From an uncultured Cytophagales bacterium (GTDB lineage: Bacteria > Bacteroidota > Bacteroidia > Cytophagales > Cyclobacteriaceae), in NCBI GenBank assembly GCA_963699805.1, contig CAVOVH010000002.1:118220-182219 (forward strand): a DNA stretch of 64,000 bases, in the 5' to 3' direction. A program made the position numbers and the translations under genes. The first letter of the stretch is position 1. Each line of letters opens with the position of its first letter. Under the pieces are notes generated by a model. The model had not been told where the DNA came from and searched no databases. It was given only the letters and a program-made list of their open reading frames with translations. Positions 7,985 through 18,088 of the stretch are shown piece after piece.

Positions 7985-10602
7985 TTAATTTTTTTCCTGT
8001 TTATGTTGTTCTTCGGTATTTCCCTTTTTATCATCGGGATTATCGCTTTTTTTGGATTCCTCTTTTTTCTTAGTTTTTTTGGCAGATACCGTCAGATGAT
8101 CATCATTTTCCTTATAATCTGCCAATATGATATCACCTTCCTTCACGTCTCCTTTGAGGATTTCTTCGGCAACCTGATCTTCCAGGTATTTCTGGATCGC
8201 CCTGTTTAAGGGTCTTGCACCATATTGTGGATCATATCCTTTTTCAGCAAGGAAGTCCTTTGCTTTATCAGTCAGCTCCACTTTATAGCCCAAGACTATG
8301 GATCCTTCGCAAACAGACTATCAAGGGTAATATCAATAATCTGATGAATATGTTCCTTGCTGAAGTGAATTGAATACAATGACGTCATCCAGTCGATTCA
8401 GGAATTCAGGACTGAATGTCTTTTTCAGAGCATTCTGAATGGTGGATTTCATCAGATCATCCTCGCATCGTCTTCCTTGGTCTTGGTAGAAAATCCAATA
8501 CCTGCCCCAAAATCTTTCAGATCACGAACACCAATGTTTGAGGTCATGATAATGATTGTATTTCTGAAATCGACCCTTCTCCCAATCCATCTGTCAAGAT
8601 GCCATCATCCAAGTACCTGGAGAAGAATATTGAAATACATCCGGATGCGCTTTTTCAATTTCATCAAGCAGTACTACACTGTAGGGTTTTCTTCTTACTT
8701 TCTCAGTCAGTTGTCCACCTTCTTCATATCCTACATAGCCCGGAGGTGCTCCCACCAGTCGTGATACGGAGAATTTTTCCATGTATTCACTCATATCGAT
8801 CCGGATCAGTGCATCTTCCTTATCGAAACAGATAGGTAGCAAGTACTTTGGCAAGTTCAGTTTTTCCTACACCGGTAGGGCCAAGGAAAATAAATGATCC
8901 AATTGGTTTTCTGGGGTCTTTCAATCCCACTCTTGTCCTCTGAATGGCTTTCACCAGTTTTTTGATGGCTTCTTCCTGACCAATTACCGTTTTCTTGAGT
9001 TCCTCGCCCATTCCAAGCAGTTTGTTGCTTTCATTCTGGGCAATTCGTTTGGTCGGAATACCGGTCATCATGGCAACTACTTCGGCGACATTGTCTTCAT
9101 TGACCGTATAACCGTTTGGTACTTGGTTTCTTCTTCCCACTTCGCTTTTTGCCTGTTCCAATTCGTTCAATCAATTTCTTTCTCCTTATCTCTTAGTTGG
9201 GCTGCTTCTTCGTATTTCTGGCTTTTTACAACCCGGTTTTTTTCTTTTTTAATATTCTTCAATCGCATCTTCAAGCTCGACAATCTCTTCAGGCACATGA
9301 ATATTATTGATATGAACTCGTGCACCAGCTTCATCCAGTACGTCGATGGCTTTATCGGGCAGGAAACGGTCACTGATATATCGATCAGAAAGTTTCACAC
9401 AGGCAGTAATGGCTTCATCGGTATAGTTTACATGATGATGATCTTCATACTTTTCCTTGATGTTATTCAGGATGACCATGGTTTCTTCCGGAGTGGTAGC
9501 ATCTACCATCACAATCTGAAAACGTCTTGCCAGGGCGCCGTCTTTTTCAATATACTGTCTGTATTCATCCAGCGTGGTAGCTCCAATACATTGAATCTCA
9601 CCCCTTGAAAGCGCAGGCTTGAACATATTGGAAGCATCCAGTGATCCAGATGCTCCTCCTGCACCAACGATGGTATGCAGTTCATCAATGAAAAGAATTA
9701 CCTCCGGTGATTTTTCCAGTTCATTCATCACTGCTTTCATCCGTTCTTCAAACTGACCACGGTATTTTGTTCCGGCTACCAGGGAAGCAAGGTCAAGCGT
9801 CACCACTCGTTTTCCGAATAAGAACACGGGATACTTTTTTCTGAACAATGCGAAGTGCCAGTCCTTCAGCAATGGCAGTTTTACCTACACCCGGGTTCAC
9901 CGATCAGTACCGGATTGTTCTTTTTTCTGCGACTCAGAATCTGAGCAACCCGTTCAATTTCCTTTTCACGTCCGACGATCGGATCTAATTTGTTGTCTTC
10001 TGCAAGTTTGGTAAGATCTCGACCGAAATTATCCAGGACCGGTGTTCTGCGATTTTTCCGCTACTCTTGAACTGGATTCCTTACCGCTGACTGGAGTGAA
10101 CTGCCGAAAAATCCGCGAGGAATCTTCATCTCCTTCATCCGTGTCGGATGAAGCCATCGGATTTTCAGTTTGGTATTCAAGCAGTTCTTTCACCACATCA
10201 TAGTTTACATCAAATTTTTCAAGAATCTGAGTGGCTATATTATCTTCATCTCGCAAGGATTGACAACAAGAGATGTTCTGTTCCAATCAGTTGACTTTTA
10301 AATATTTTAGCTTCCAGATAGGTTATTTTAAGTACTTTTTCAGACTGCCGTGTCAATGGGATATTGGCAAGATTTTTCACGTTGCTGATGGCTGTACCTT
10401 TGGTGGCCTGTTCAATGGCATTCCTCAATTCTTCGAGCGAAACACCAAGTTTTTTTAATATGCTAATGGCAACTCCTTCACCTTCACGGATCATCCCAAG
10501 CAGCAGATGTTCGGTGCCAATATAATCATGCCCTAATCGCAGGGCTTCTTCCCGGCTTAGAGAAATGACTTCTTTAACTCGGTTTGAAAATTTTGCTTCC
10601 AT
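7985..10602 (-). pseudogene. clpC: ATP-dependent Clp protease ATP-binding subunit ClpC, disrupted by many frameshifts
   Basis: Seven ORF fragments in three frames tile a full-length ~870-aa ClpC. Motifs present: Clp_N repeats, [15 protein letters not shown], the UVR-like [40 protein letters not shown] and GARPLNRAIQ. Hand alignment places at least 13 single-base indels. Confidence 0.85.
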
Positions 10603-10734
10603 TCAATACCTCTTAGGGTTATGGTTTTGTAAAATTAAATCTTAAATTTTAAAGATACTATGTTCTGAATACAATATGAAAATATTTAACATCTGTATTT
10701 CTTGAATTTAAACGACATACAATACATAATTGTT

Positions 10735-11373
10735 TTATTCGTTAACCCCTGATGCCTGGATTTTATTCAAGGCATTCGGACCTTCATTAAAGATCAGGTC
10801 GATCACACTTAAATTCTCCACAAAAGTTTTGCCAAAAACCTGAATATACTCAACCGGTTTATAAAAAACTACGGGTGAGATTTTTTTTTTCGGATGGATC
10901 GTTGACCGTAGATCGTTGATATTTTCCCTGTATTCCCGGATATATTCATGTGAGAATTCAGTATTTTTTTCAATGGATAATATTTCGAGGATAGATTCAA
11001 GTAATTCCAAATTCAGGTCGAATAAGAATCGGTGGTTTTTAATAAGGATCATCCTGAGTGGTTCGGCGTAGTGCTCATAAAACGGAGCATTCCCATAGGC
11101 GGCCTGAATGCTTCTCCAATGCTTCTTCCCCCAGTCCTGGTTCCTGTCGATCCGGATCTCCTGGATAGGGATGTTACGGTAACCTTTTTCAACCGGTACA
11201 ATCAGATTTACGATCTTGTTGGCCATCAGGATCCTGGTGCGATTCCGATAGGTTTGTTTGATGAAATTCTCTTTGGATTCAAGGACGATGTGATCATAAT
11301 ATTTCCATGCCGCCAGATAAGCAATGCTGGGCAGGTAATGTATTTCTATGATCGCAGGGGAATCAGAGCTCAA
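10735..11373 (-). CDS. WbqC-family protein
   Basis: 212 aa. The N-terminal pattern IEIHYLPSIAYLAAWKYYDHIVLESKENFIKQTYRNRTRI is typical of the WbqC-like family. Confidence 0.75.
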   Translation of the reverse strand: MSSDSPAIIEIHYLPSIAYLAAWKYYDHIVLESKENFIKQTYRNRTRILMANKIVNLIVPVEKGYRNIPIQEIRIDRNQDWGKKHWRSIQAAYGNAPFYEHYAEPLRMILIKNHRFLFDLNLELLESILEILSIEKNTEFSHEYIREYRENINDLRSTIHPKKKISPVVFYKPVEYIQVFGKTFVENLSVIDLIFNEGPNALNKIQASGVNE

Positions 11374-11379
11374 TGATAC

Positions 11380-12618
11380 CTATGGTTGTGATTTATAATA
11401 CAATACATTCAGGTTTCCCTCGTTGAGGACATTCTGACATACCTGTAAGATCATGCCGTCATCCACACTGTAAATTTTTTCAATCTCCTGGTTGTACAGG
11501 CCGGGATTGCCCAGATTGGCAAAATAAGCGAGGTTCATGGCCCTGTTCAGCACCTCAACCTCCGAAAATGCATGACTTGTTTCGGCCTGCGTCTTTACTT
11601 TTTCAAGTTCATTTTTCCCAAATTGGCCAAGTTTTAATTCTTCAATGATCTCATGGACAGATGCTTCTGCATCTTCAAGTCTGATACCATTCTTTACTTT
11701 TCCTTCGATGATAAACAGTCCCGGATCAGTTGATCCTGACATATAAGCATTGATCGTAGTGAAAATTTTTTTATTTTTAATAAGTCCGCGGTAAAGTCGT
11801 GAGGCTTTTCCCCTTCCCAGGATATCACTGAGAAGATCAGTGGCATAATATTCCTCATCCATCCGACCTCCCACATGCCAGGCCATATATAAAGCTTCCG
11901 AAGGTACATCCGCCGTGACTTCCAGTTTTCTCTTTTCAATCTGTTTGGGCTCTACAGGCAGGATTTTTTTCCTTGAATTCCCTGATGGAATCGGGCCAAA
12001 CCACTTTTCAGCAAGCTTTCGCACAAGTTGGGTAGTTATATTCCCGGCCACTGCCAGAATGGCATTATTCGGGATATAAAACTGGCCGAAAAATTCTTTC
12101 ACATCCTCCATGGTTACTTTTTCAATATGAGAAATGTCTTTTCCAATGGTCGGCCAGCTATAAGGATGTTTCTGGTAAGCGAGTGGTCTCAATTTCAGCC
12201 AAACATCTCCATATGGCTGGTTCAGATACCTTTGGTTGAACTCCTCGATCACCACTTTTCTCTGAACTTCCAGAACTTTCGGATCAAAAGACAATCCCAG
12301 CATCCGATCCGATTCAAGCCAGAATGCGGTTTCAAGGTTGACGGCAGGCAGGGTAATGTAATAATTGGTAATATCCGGTGTGGTAAATGCGTTGTTTTCA
12401 CCTCCTACCTTCTGCAGGAATTCATCATAAACCGGTATGTTTTTTGATCCTCCAAACATCAGGTGTTCAAAAAGATGGGCAAATCCCGTTTTCTCGGGGT
12501 TTTCATCCCTCGATCCCACATTATACATCAGGTTGACTGCTGCTATGGGAAGGGTCGGATCCTCATGAACAATTACACGCAATCCATTATTCAGTTCAAA
12601 TTCCTCATAGTGTACCAT
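11380..12618 (-). CDS. M16 (pitrilysin) family zinc peptidase
   Basis: Contains the HxxEH motif (HLFEHLMFGG). I place the start at ATG 12618 (MVHYEEFELNNGLRV). The longer track ORF, ending at 12741, would overlap the divergent E1 gene. Confidence 0.85.
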   Translation of the reverse strand: MVHYEEFELNNGLRVIVHEDPTLPIAAVNLMYNVGSRDENPEKTGFAHLFEHLMFGGSKNIPVYDEFLQKVGGENNAFTTPDITNYYITLPAVNLETAFWLESDRMLGLSFDPKVLEVQRKVVIEEFNQRYLNQPYGDVWLKLRPLAYQKHPYSWPTIGKDISHIEKVTMEDVKEFFGQFYIPNNAILAVAGNITTQLVRKLAEKWFGPIPSGNSRKKILPVEPKQIEKRKLEVTADVPSEALYMAWHVGGRMDEEYYATDLLSDILGRGKASRLYRGLIKNKKIFTTINAYMSGSTDPGLFIIEGKVKNGIRLEDAEASVHEIIEELKLGQFGKNELEKVKTQAETSHAFSEVEVLNRAMNLAYFANLGNPGLYNQEIEKIYSVDDGMILQVCQNVLNEGNLNVLYYKSQP

Positions 12619-12700
12619 ACGTCTGCAAAGATGGTAAAAATATACATTGTATCCATTTTTATGTTCCTCGCATTGATTTACATTTGGCAAAAATTCCTGA

Positions 12701-14680
12701 ATGATTTTTGACCGAAAAAAACTTTCTGACCAAGAACTCATCGAGCTTTATAAGCTCCTGATTAATCCCAGGCTGATCGAGGAAAAAATGCTTTTATTGC
12801 TTCGGCAGGGAAAAATCAGCAAGTGGTTTTCCGGAATAGGACAGGAAGCCATTTCAGTGGGAGCAGCTTATGCCTTACATCCTGATGAATACATCCTTCC
12901 CCTGCACAGGAACCTGGGTATTTTTACCACCCGGAGGATTCCGTTGGATCGATTGTTTTCACAGTTTCAGGGTAAGAAATCCGGTTTTACCAAAGGGAGG
13001 GACCGATCGTTCCATTTCGGTAGCAAGGAGCATCATATCATCGGTATGATCTCTCATCTGGGACCACAGTTAGGGATTGCCGATGGAATTGCCCTGGCAC
13101 ATCAGCTGAAAAACGAGAAAAAAGTTGTGCTCGTATTTTCAGGGGATGGAGGGGCCAGTGAGGGGGATTTTCATGAAGCATTGAATGTAGCCTCCGTTTG
13201 GGACCTACCTGTATTATTCCTGGTTGAAAATAATGGTTATGGCCTGTCAACTCCCAGTTCAGAACAATTCAGACATCAGCATTTCATTGATAAAGGTCAG
13301 GGATATGGGATGGAGGCTTTCCAGGTGAATGGTAATAACATCCTGGATGTTTACCATACGGTGAAAAAGTTAGCTTCACAAATCAGGAACAATCCCCGTC
13401 CGGTACTTTTGGAGGCCATCACTTTCAGAATGCGAGGACATGAAGAAGCTTCAGGGATCAAATATGTGCCCAAGGAACTCATTGAGAACTGGGAAAAAAA
13501 GGATCCCATCCTCAATTATGAGGCCTATCTAAAAGATCAGAAGGTACTCCATCAGGCAGATATTGATCAATACAGGAAAGAGATCAGAGTTTTGATTGAT
13601 CAAGGACTTTCCGTAGCCTTTGAAGAAAAAGATCCTGAATTCTCCATGAAAGAAGAAGTGGAAGATATGTATTTCCCCTATTCGCCCCTGCCGGTGACAC
13701 CAGGACCAGGAAAAATATCCGATCGGCGTATGGTGGATGCAATCAACGATGCTATGAAACTTGCTTTCGGAAAATATCCTGATCTGGTCATCATGGGTCA
13801 GGACATCGCCGAATACGGAGGGGTATTTAAAGCCACAGAAGGAATGGTGGAGAAATTTGGGAGGAAAAGAGTAAGAAATACACCCCTTTGTGAGTCTGCT
13901 ATTCTCGGGATTGGACTTGGATTATCCATTTACGGGATCAAATCGATCGTTGAAATGCAATTTGCAGATTTTGTTACCTGTGGATTTAATCAGATCGTGA
14001 ATAACCTGGCTAAGATCCATTACCGTTGGGGTCAAAATGCGGATATAGTAGTCAGGATGCCTACTGGGGCTGGAGTGGGTGCCGGACCGTTTCATTCTCA
14101 ATCCAACGAATCCTGGTTCTTTCATACTCCCGGATTAAAAATCGTCTATCCATCCAATCCACGGGATGCCAAGGGTCTTTTATTGGCCAGTATTGAAGAT
14201 CCGAATCCAGTCCTATTTTTTGAACATAAAGCCTTGTACAGGGCAGTCCAAGAAGAAGTACCCGATGATTATTATACCCTGCCGATCGGTAAAGCACGAA
14301 AAGTGACAGAAGGATCCGATCTGACAATTATTACCTACGGAATGGGGGTCCTCTGGGCAGAAAGGATCCTGGCCGGGATGAATGGTCTTTCCGCCGAGTT
14401 GATTGACCTGAGATCCTTAATGCCCTGGGATCGGGATATGATTGCCGATTCTGTTAAAAAAACCGGGAAAGTGATCATCCTGCATGAAGATACATTGACC
14501 GGTGGGATCGGGGCAGAAATTTCAGCCTATATTTCGGAAAATTTGTTTGAATACCTGGATGCTCCCATCATGCGGGAAGCCGGTTTAGATACCGCTGTAC
14601 CCTTTTCAAAGAACCTGGAAGATCATTTTTTACCTCCTGAGCGGTTCCGCCAGAAGCTTGTCCAGCTTCTCGAGTTCTAA
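12701..14680 (+). CDS. 2-oxoacid (branched-chain/pyruvate type) dehydrogenase E1 component, fused alpha+beta subunits
   Basis: 659 aa. The alpha half carries the TPP motif (GDGGASEGDFHEALNVA...ENNGYGLS). The beta half has transketolase-like pyrimidine-binding and C-terminal domains. Confidence 0.85.
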   Translation: MIFDRKKLSDQELIELYKLLINPRLIEEKMLLLLRQGKISKWFSGIGQEAISVGAAYALHPDEYILPLHRNLGIFTTRRIPLDRLFSQFQGKKSGFTKGRDRSFHFGSKEHHIIGMISHLGPQLGIADGIALAHQLKNEKKVVLVFSGDGGASEGDFHEALNVASVWDLPVLFLVENNGYGLSTPSSEQFRHQHFIDKGQGYGMEAFQVNGNNILDVYHTVKKLASQIRNNPRPVLLEAITFRMRGHEEASGIKYVPKELIENWEKKDPILNYEAYLKDQKVLHQADIDQYRKEIRVLIDQGLSVAFEEKDPEFSMKEEVEDMYFPYSPLPVTPGPGKISDRRMVDAINDAMKLAFGKYPDLVIMGQDIAEYGGVFKATEGMVEKFGRKRVRNTPLCESAILGIGLGLSIYGIKSIVEMQFADFVTCGFNQIVNNLAKIHYRWGQNADIVVRMPTGAGVGAGPFHSQSNESWFFHTPGLKIVYPSNPRDAKGLLLASIEDPNPVLFFEHKALYRAVQEEVPDDYYTLPIGKARKVTEGSDLTIITYGMGVLWAERILAGMNGLSAELIDLRSLMPWDRDMIADSVKKTGKVIILHEDTLTGGIGAEISAYISENLFEYLDAPIMREAGLDTAVPFSKNLEDHFLPPERFRQKLVQLLEF

Positions 14681-14795
14681 GCAAATCGGTTCATTTTGAG
14701 GACATTATTTAATAAATTCATAAATTTTACGTTATTTTAGTCCAGACAGCAGACTAATTTTGCATTTAATACAGGTGAATTTGTGTTTAAAATTG

Positions 14796-17339
14796 ATGAT
14801 TGAAAGACGGAAGCTATTAAAAATAGTCTTATTGGTTTTCGTAACGGGCTTCCTATTTCTCATTGATTTGCCGGAAAGCCGGGCACAGGTAAAACTTTCT
14901 GACAGGAATTCTGAAGCCTACAGAAATAGCAGGAAAAATAAGAAAAACAAACAGAAGGAGCGAGTCAAGCGGTTCAGAAAAGCCGAGAAGAAAAATCTTT
15001 CAGTCGGAGAAATGGAAGTCACTCCGGAGGTTTTAAAGGAGCAATACGTTCCGAAGGACCAGAATGCGGAAAAAAACCCGTCCAAGCAGATCTTCAATAC
15101 CTATCAGAAGCAGAGCCGGATTTTTTCAAGAAAGGCAAGGCAAGCATTGGATCAGGGGCTCATGTCCGAGAATAAATTAAAAACCAGGGACAGAAGGTAT
15201 AAAAAGCAATCCCGGGTGATGGCCAATCATCAGGGAAATATCCGGATCGATCCGGCAAGAATGGGAGACAACCGTGGCATGTTCCCTCAGCCGCCAGTTG
15301 AACAGAATCCGGGTCGTGCCAATACCAGGATCCGAAATGAAAAGTTGTCCAAATACGCCTTGAAAGCCGAAGAGATGTCGATGCAGGGACTTGTTAATAC
15401 ACGTTCCCGGAACCGGGCCAGGCAGCAGGGTATCCGGCAATCCAGAAAAATTGGGCTCGATCAGGGAAATCTCACCTATAATAAACGTCAGCAGGAAGCC
15501 AATTATATGGGGAAATCGGTGGAAGGGATGAATCAGGGTTTAAGAAAAAGCATGACAGCCCGGGACCGGCAACAGCAGTCTATGTCAAACTCGCTTGTTC
15601 AATCCCAGTTCCAGGGTCAAACCAGGTTTGGAAGTTCAAAACAGAGAGATCTTGGATTTATTGAAAAATCCGCCCGCAATCAAAAAACAGGCATGAAGTA
15701 TCCATATAATCAAAGGCAGAAGGAGGCTGGATATATGGCCAAATCCGTCGAAGGGCTTAGCCAGGGATTAAGGAAAAGTGTAAGCATGAGGGAGCAGAAA
15801 CAGCAATGGATGGCCAATTCTCTTACACAATCCCAGTTCCAGGGCAATGTGGCGGCCAGATCCCGGAAGGAAAGGGAAGGCAACATGATTAATAAGTCCC
15901 TGCGAAACCAGCAAATGGGAATGAATTATAAGTACAATCCAAGAGAGAAAGAAAATAATTACATGGCCAAATCGGTGGAATCTTTAAGCCAGGGATTGAT
16001 CATAAAGAAAGACAGGAACCATACGGAATCACAATATATCCGGAAATCAAAGCTGGCTCAGGATCAGGGAATGATTTCCTCTCAAACTCAAAGGCAGAAA
16101 CAGGCCACTTACATGGCTAAATCTGTCGAGGGCCTTAACCAGGGATTGATCGTAAGGCAGAACAGAAACCAACAGGAAGCACAGTACATCCGGAAATCAA
16201 AACAGGCCCAAGACCAGGGGATGATTTCTTCGATGACTGAAAGGCAGAAACAAGCCAATTACATGGCCAAATCCGTGGAAGGGCTTAACCAGGGAATGAA
16301 AAAGAGTGTGACGATGAGGGAGCAGAATCAACAATGGATGGCCAATTCTCTCACTCAATCCCAGTTCCAGGGGAATGTGGTTGGCAAATCCCGGAAGGAA
16401 AGAGAAAGTAATATGATCAGTAAGTCCCTGCGGAACCAGCGAATGGGAAGGGATTATAAATACAATACGAGAGAGCAGGAAAATAATTATATGGCTAAAT
16501 CGGTTGAAGCATTGAGCCAGGGGATGATCGTTAGAAAAAACCGGAACAGTGAAGAGTCCCAGTATATCCGGAAATCAAAAGAAGCCATGGACCAGGGGAT
16601 GATATCCACCCGGAACATGAAACAGAAGGAAGCCAATTATATGGGCAAATCAGTCGAAATGTTGAACCAGGGATTGACGATCCGGAAATCAAGAAATGAA
16701 CAGGAATCCCAGTATATCCGAAAATCGATCGAATCGTTGAATACGGGATTGATATCGACCATGACACAACGGCAGAAGGAAGCCAATTACATGGGGAAAT
16801 CGGTGGAATTACTCAGCCAGGGAATGTTCAGGGCCCGGACACAACAGGATAAGGAATCAATGTATATCCGCAAATCCATCGAGGCCGGAAATCAGGGATT
16901 ATACCGAGGCGTGACAAGGAAGGAGAAAGAAATGAATTACATCGAGCGATCCCTTAAGAATCAGCAAATTGGTCTGGTTAAAGTCCAGGGTCAGAAAGCC
17001 CGGGAGGCAGAGTTGAAGGATGTTTCCAGGGAAGTCCAGAATTTCAGGGGTGAGGAAAAGATCAGGACCGATTTCCTCAAAGACTGGGGAGAAAGGAGAA
17101 GACAAGCAAAATATGTGTACTATACGGGTAATTTTAGGGTCCAGTCAAGATTATTCGAGAATATTGAGAACAAGAGGATGTCTGCCAGAAGATCTAAATT
17201 TGATGGAATGGATCAGGATTCGAAATTCGAACTATGGTGGGCCTCACTTTGGAAAAAACCTGTCGACCAGCAGAAAAAACCAGAGCCGCTTAGAAAACCA
17301 CGATATGACTCAAAAGAACATGAGATCTGGTTTTATTAG
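14796..17339 (+). CDS. Hypothetical N-terminally anchored/secreted, basic, Gln/Lys/Arg/Asn/Ser/Met-rich tandem-repeat protein
   Basis: Long uninterrupted ORF (track start is TTG 14760; the likely ATG is 14796, giving MIERRKLLKIVLLVFVTGFLFLIDLPESRAQ). It contains about 20 repeats of 24-27 aa. I recognise no family. Confidence 0.7.
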   Translation: MIERRKLLKIVLLVFVTGFLFLIDLPESRAQVKLSDRNSEAYRNSRKNKKNKQKERVKRFRKAEKKNLSVGEMEVTPEVLKEQYVPKDQNAEKNPSKQIFNTYQKQSRIFSRKARQALDQGLMSENKLKTRDRRYKKQSRVMANHQGNIRIDPARMGDNRGMFPQPPVEQNPGRANTRIRNEKLSKYALKAEEMSMQGLVNTRSRNRARQQGIRQSRKIGLDQGNLTYNKRQQEANYMGKSVEGMNQGLRKSMTARDRQQQSMSNSLVQSQFQGQTRFGSSKQRDLGFIEKSARNQKTGMKYPYNQRQKEAGYMAKSVEGLSQGLRKSVSMREQKQQWMANSLTQSQFQGNVAARSRKEREGNMINKSLRNQQMGMNYKYNPREKENNYMAKSVESLSQGLIIKKDRNHTESQYIRKSKLAQDQGMISSQTQRQKQATYMAKSVEGLNQGLIVRQNRNQQEAQYIRKSKQAQDQGMISSMTERQKQANYMAKSVEGLNQGMKKSVTMREQNQQWMANSLTQSQFQGNVVGKSRKERESNMISKSLRNQRMGRDYKYNTREQENNYMAKSVEALSQGMIVRKNRNSEESQYIRKSKEAMDQGMISTRNMKQKEANYMGKSVEMLNQGLTIRKSRNEQESQYIRKSIESLNTGLISTMTQRQKEANYMGKSVELLSQGMFRARTQQDKESMYIRKSIEAGNQGLYRGVTRKEKEMNYIERSLKNQQIGLVKVQGQKAREAELKDVSREVQNFRGEEKIRTDFLKDWGERRRQAKYVYYTGNFRVQSRLFENIENKRMSARRSKFDGMDQDSKFELWWASLWKKPVDQQKKPEPLRKPRYDSKEHEIWFY
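15480..16995 (+). repeat. Coding tandem repeat array (about 20 units of ~75 nt; superimposed ~510-nt super-repeat)
   Basis: Recurring peptide cores: YM[AG]KSVExLxQG (8x), YIRKS[KI]xxxxxG (5x, plus the related YIERSLKNQQIG), [WS]M[AS]NSLxQSQFQG (3x), and [MF]IxKS[LA]RNQxxG (3x). Confidence 0.8.
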
Positions 17340-17728
17340 GGGTGGATATGTGGAAAAGAGGAGACGTGGAAATGTATCACGTGGGTGCCGGGATCCACTA
17401 TTTCGCTTAAGGGATTTGGGAATAGGAGAATTGGGAATTTTTGAGTAACCCTGGATGACATTTGGGAAACGCAATTGTAAGCATAAAAGAGCATAGGAGA
17501 TTCGCAGATAAATGTATCAATTTTGATCGAAGGAGTTGAATAAAAGTTACAGAGATTTTATTTGTGAATTGATTGCTGATTTGAATCACGAAGCAACAGA
17601 AGATCCTACGATCTGGAAAACGAACTGATCCTACGAAGTTGAAAATAACATAGGCAGCCCAAACATTCAAGCATACAATTCAACGCTGATTCAAACCAGG
17701 AAAGAAAATCCGGTGTCTTTCAGATGAT

Positions 17729-18088
17729 ATGAAATCCCTGATATTCTTTTTTATTACATTTTTAATAATCATTCCTTTCGGATGTGATAAGGAAAAAATT
17801 CTTCCGGATGGGCGGTTTATCGGCGTATGGATATCATTGGATCAAGTGGATACCTTAGATTTCGAAACGGATGAGGATTTTTATAAATCAAACATATATA
17901 TGAGACATGATCATTACAAATATTATTACATGGAGGATTCCATTACGATTAATTATTCGGGAATCAATTACATCAATGTTTTGCCATCAAGTCATATATA
18001 TGAAATCAAGGATAATATATTGACCATTGATTTTATAAATGGATGTTACGGTTTTGATAGGATAGAAAAGACTTTTTCCCGGCAATAA
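17729..18088 (+). CDS. Small hypothetical lipoprotein
   Basis: 119 aa with a lipobox (IIIPFGC). AT-rich, and flanked by 389-nt and 272-nt non-coding stretches. Confidence 0.55.
   Translation: MKSLIFFFITFLIIIPFGCDKEKILPDGRFIGVWISLDQVDTLDFETDEDFYKSNIYMRHDHYKYYYMEDSITINYSGINYINVLPSSHIYEIKDNILTIDFINGCYGFDRIEKTFSRQ

Noticed and set aside
9123-9608. Long antisense or out-of-frame ORFs: 9123-9608(+), 11032-11376(+), 12028-12447(+), 28145-28588(+), 29234-29699(+), 40658-41125(+), 50514-50918(-), 56033-56428(+), 59775-60137(+).
   Set aside because: Each is embedded opposite or out of frame within a gene that has strong family motifs. Their translations are low-complexity, Cys/Arg/Pro-skewed or otherwise unlike real proteins.
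12701-14680. The fused E1 alpha/beta dehydrogenase without adjacent E2/E3 genes as something unusual.
   Set aside because: As far as I recall, this fusion and its stand-alone placement are common in Bacteroidota genomes. Nothing in the sequence itself is atypical.
17407-17670. The 87-aa ORF on the minus strand in the spacer after the repeat protein.
   Set aside because: The translation looks non-proteinaceous (FCCFVIQISNQF...), there is no recognisable start context, and the region is better treated as non-coding.
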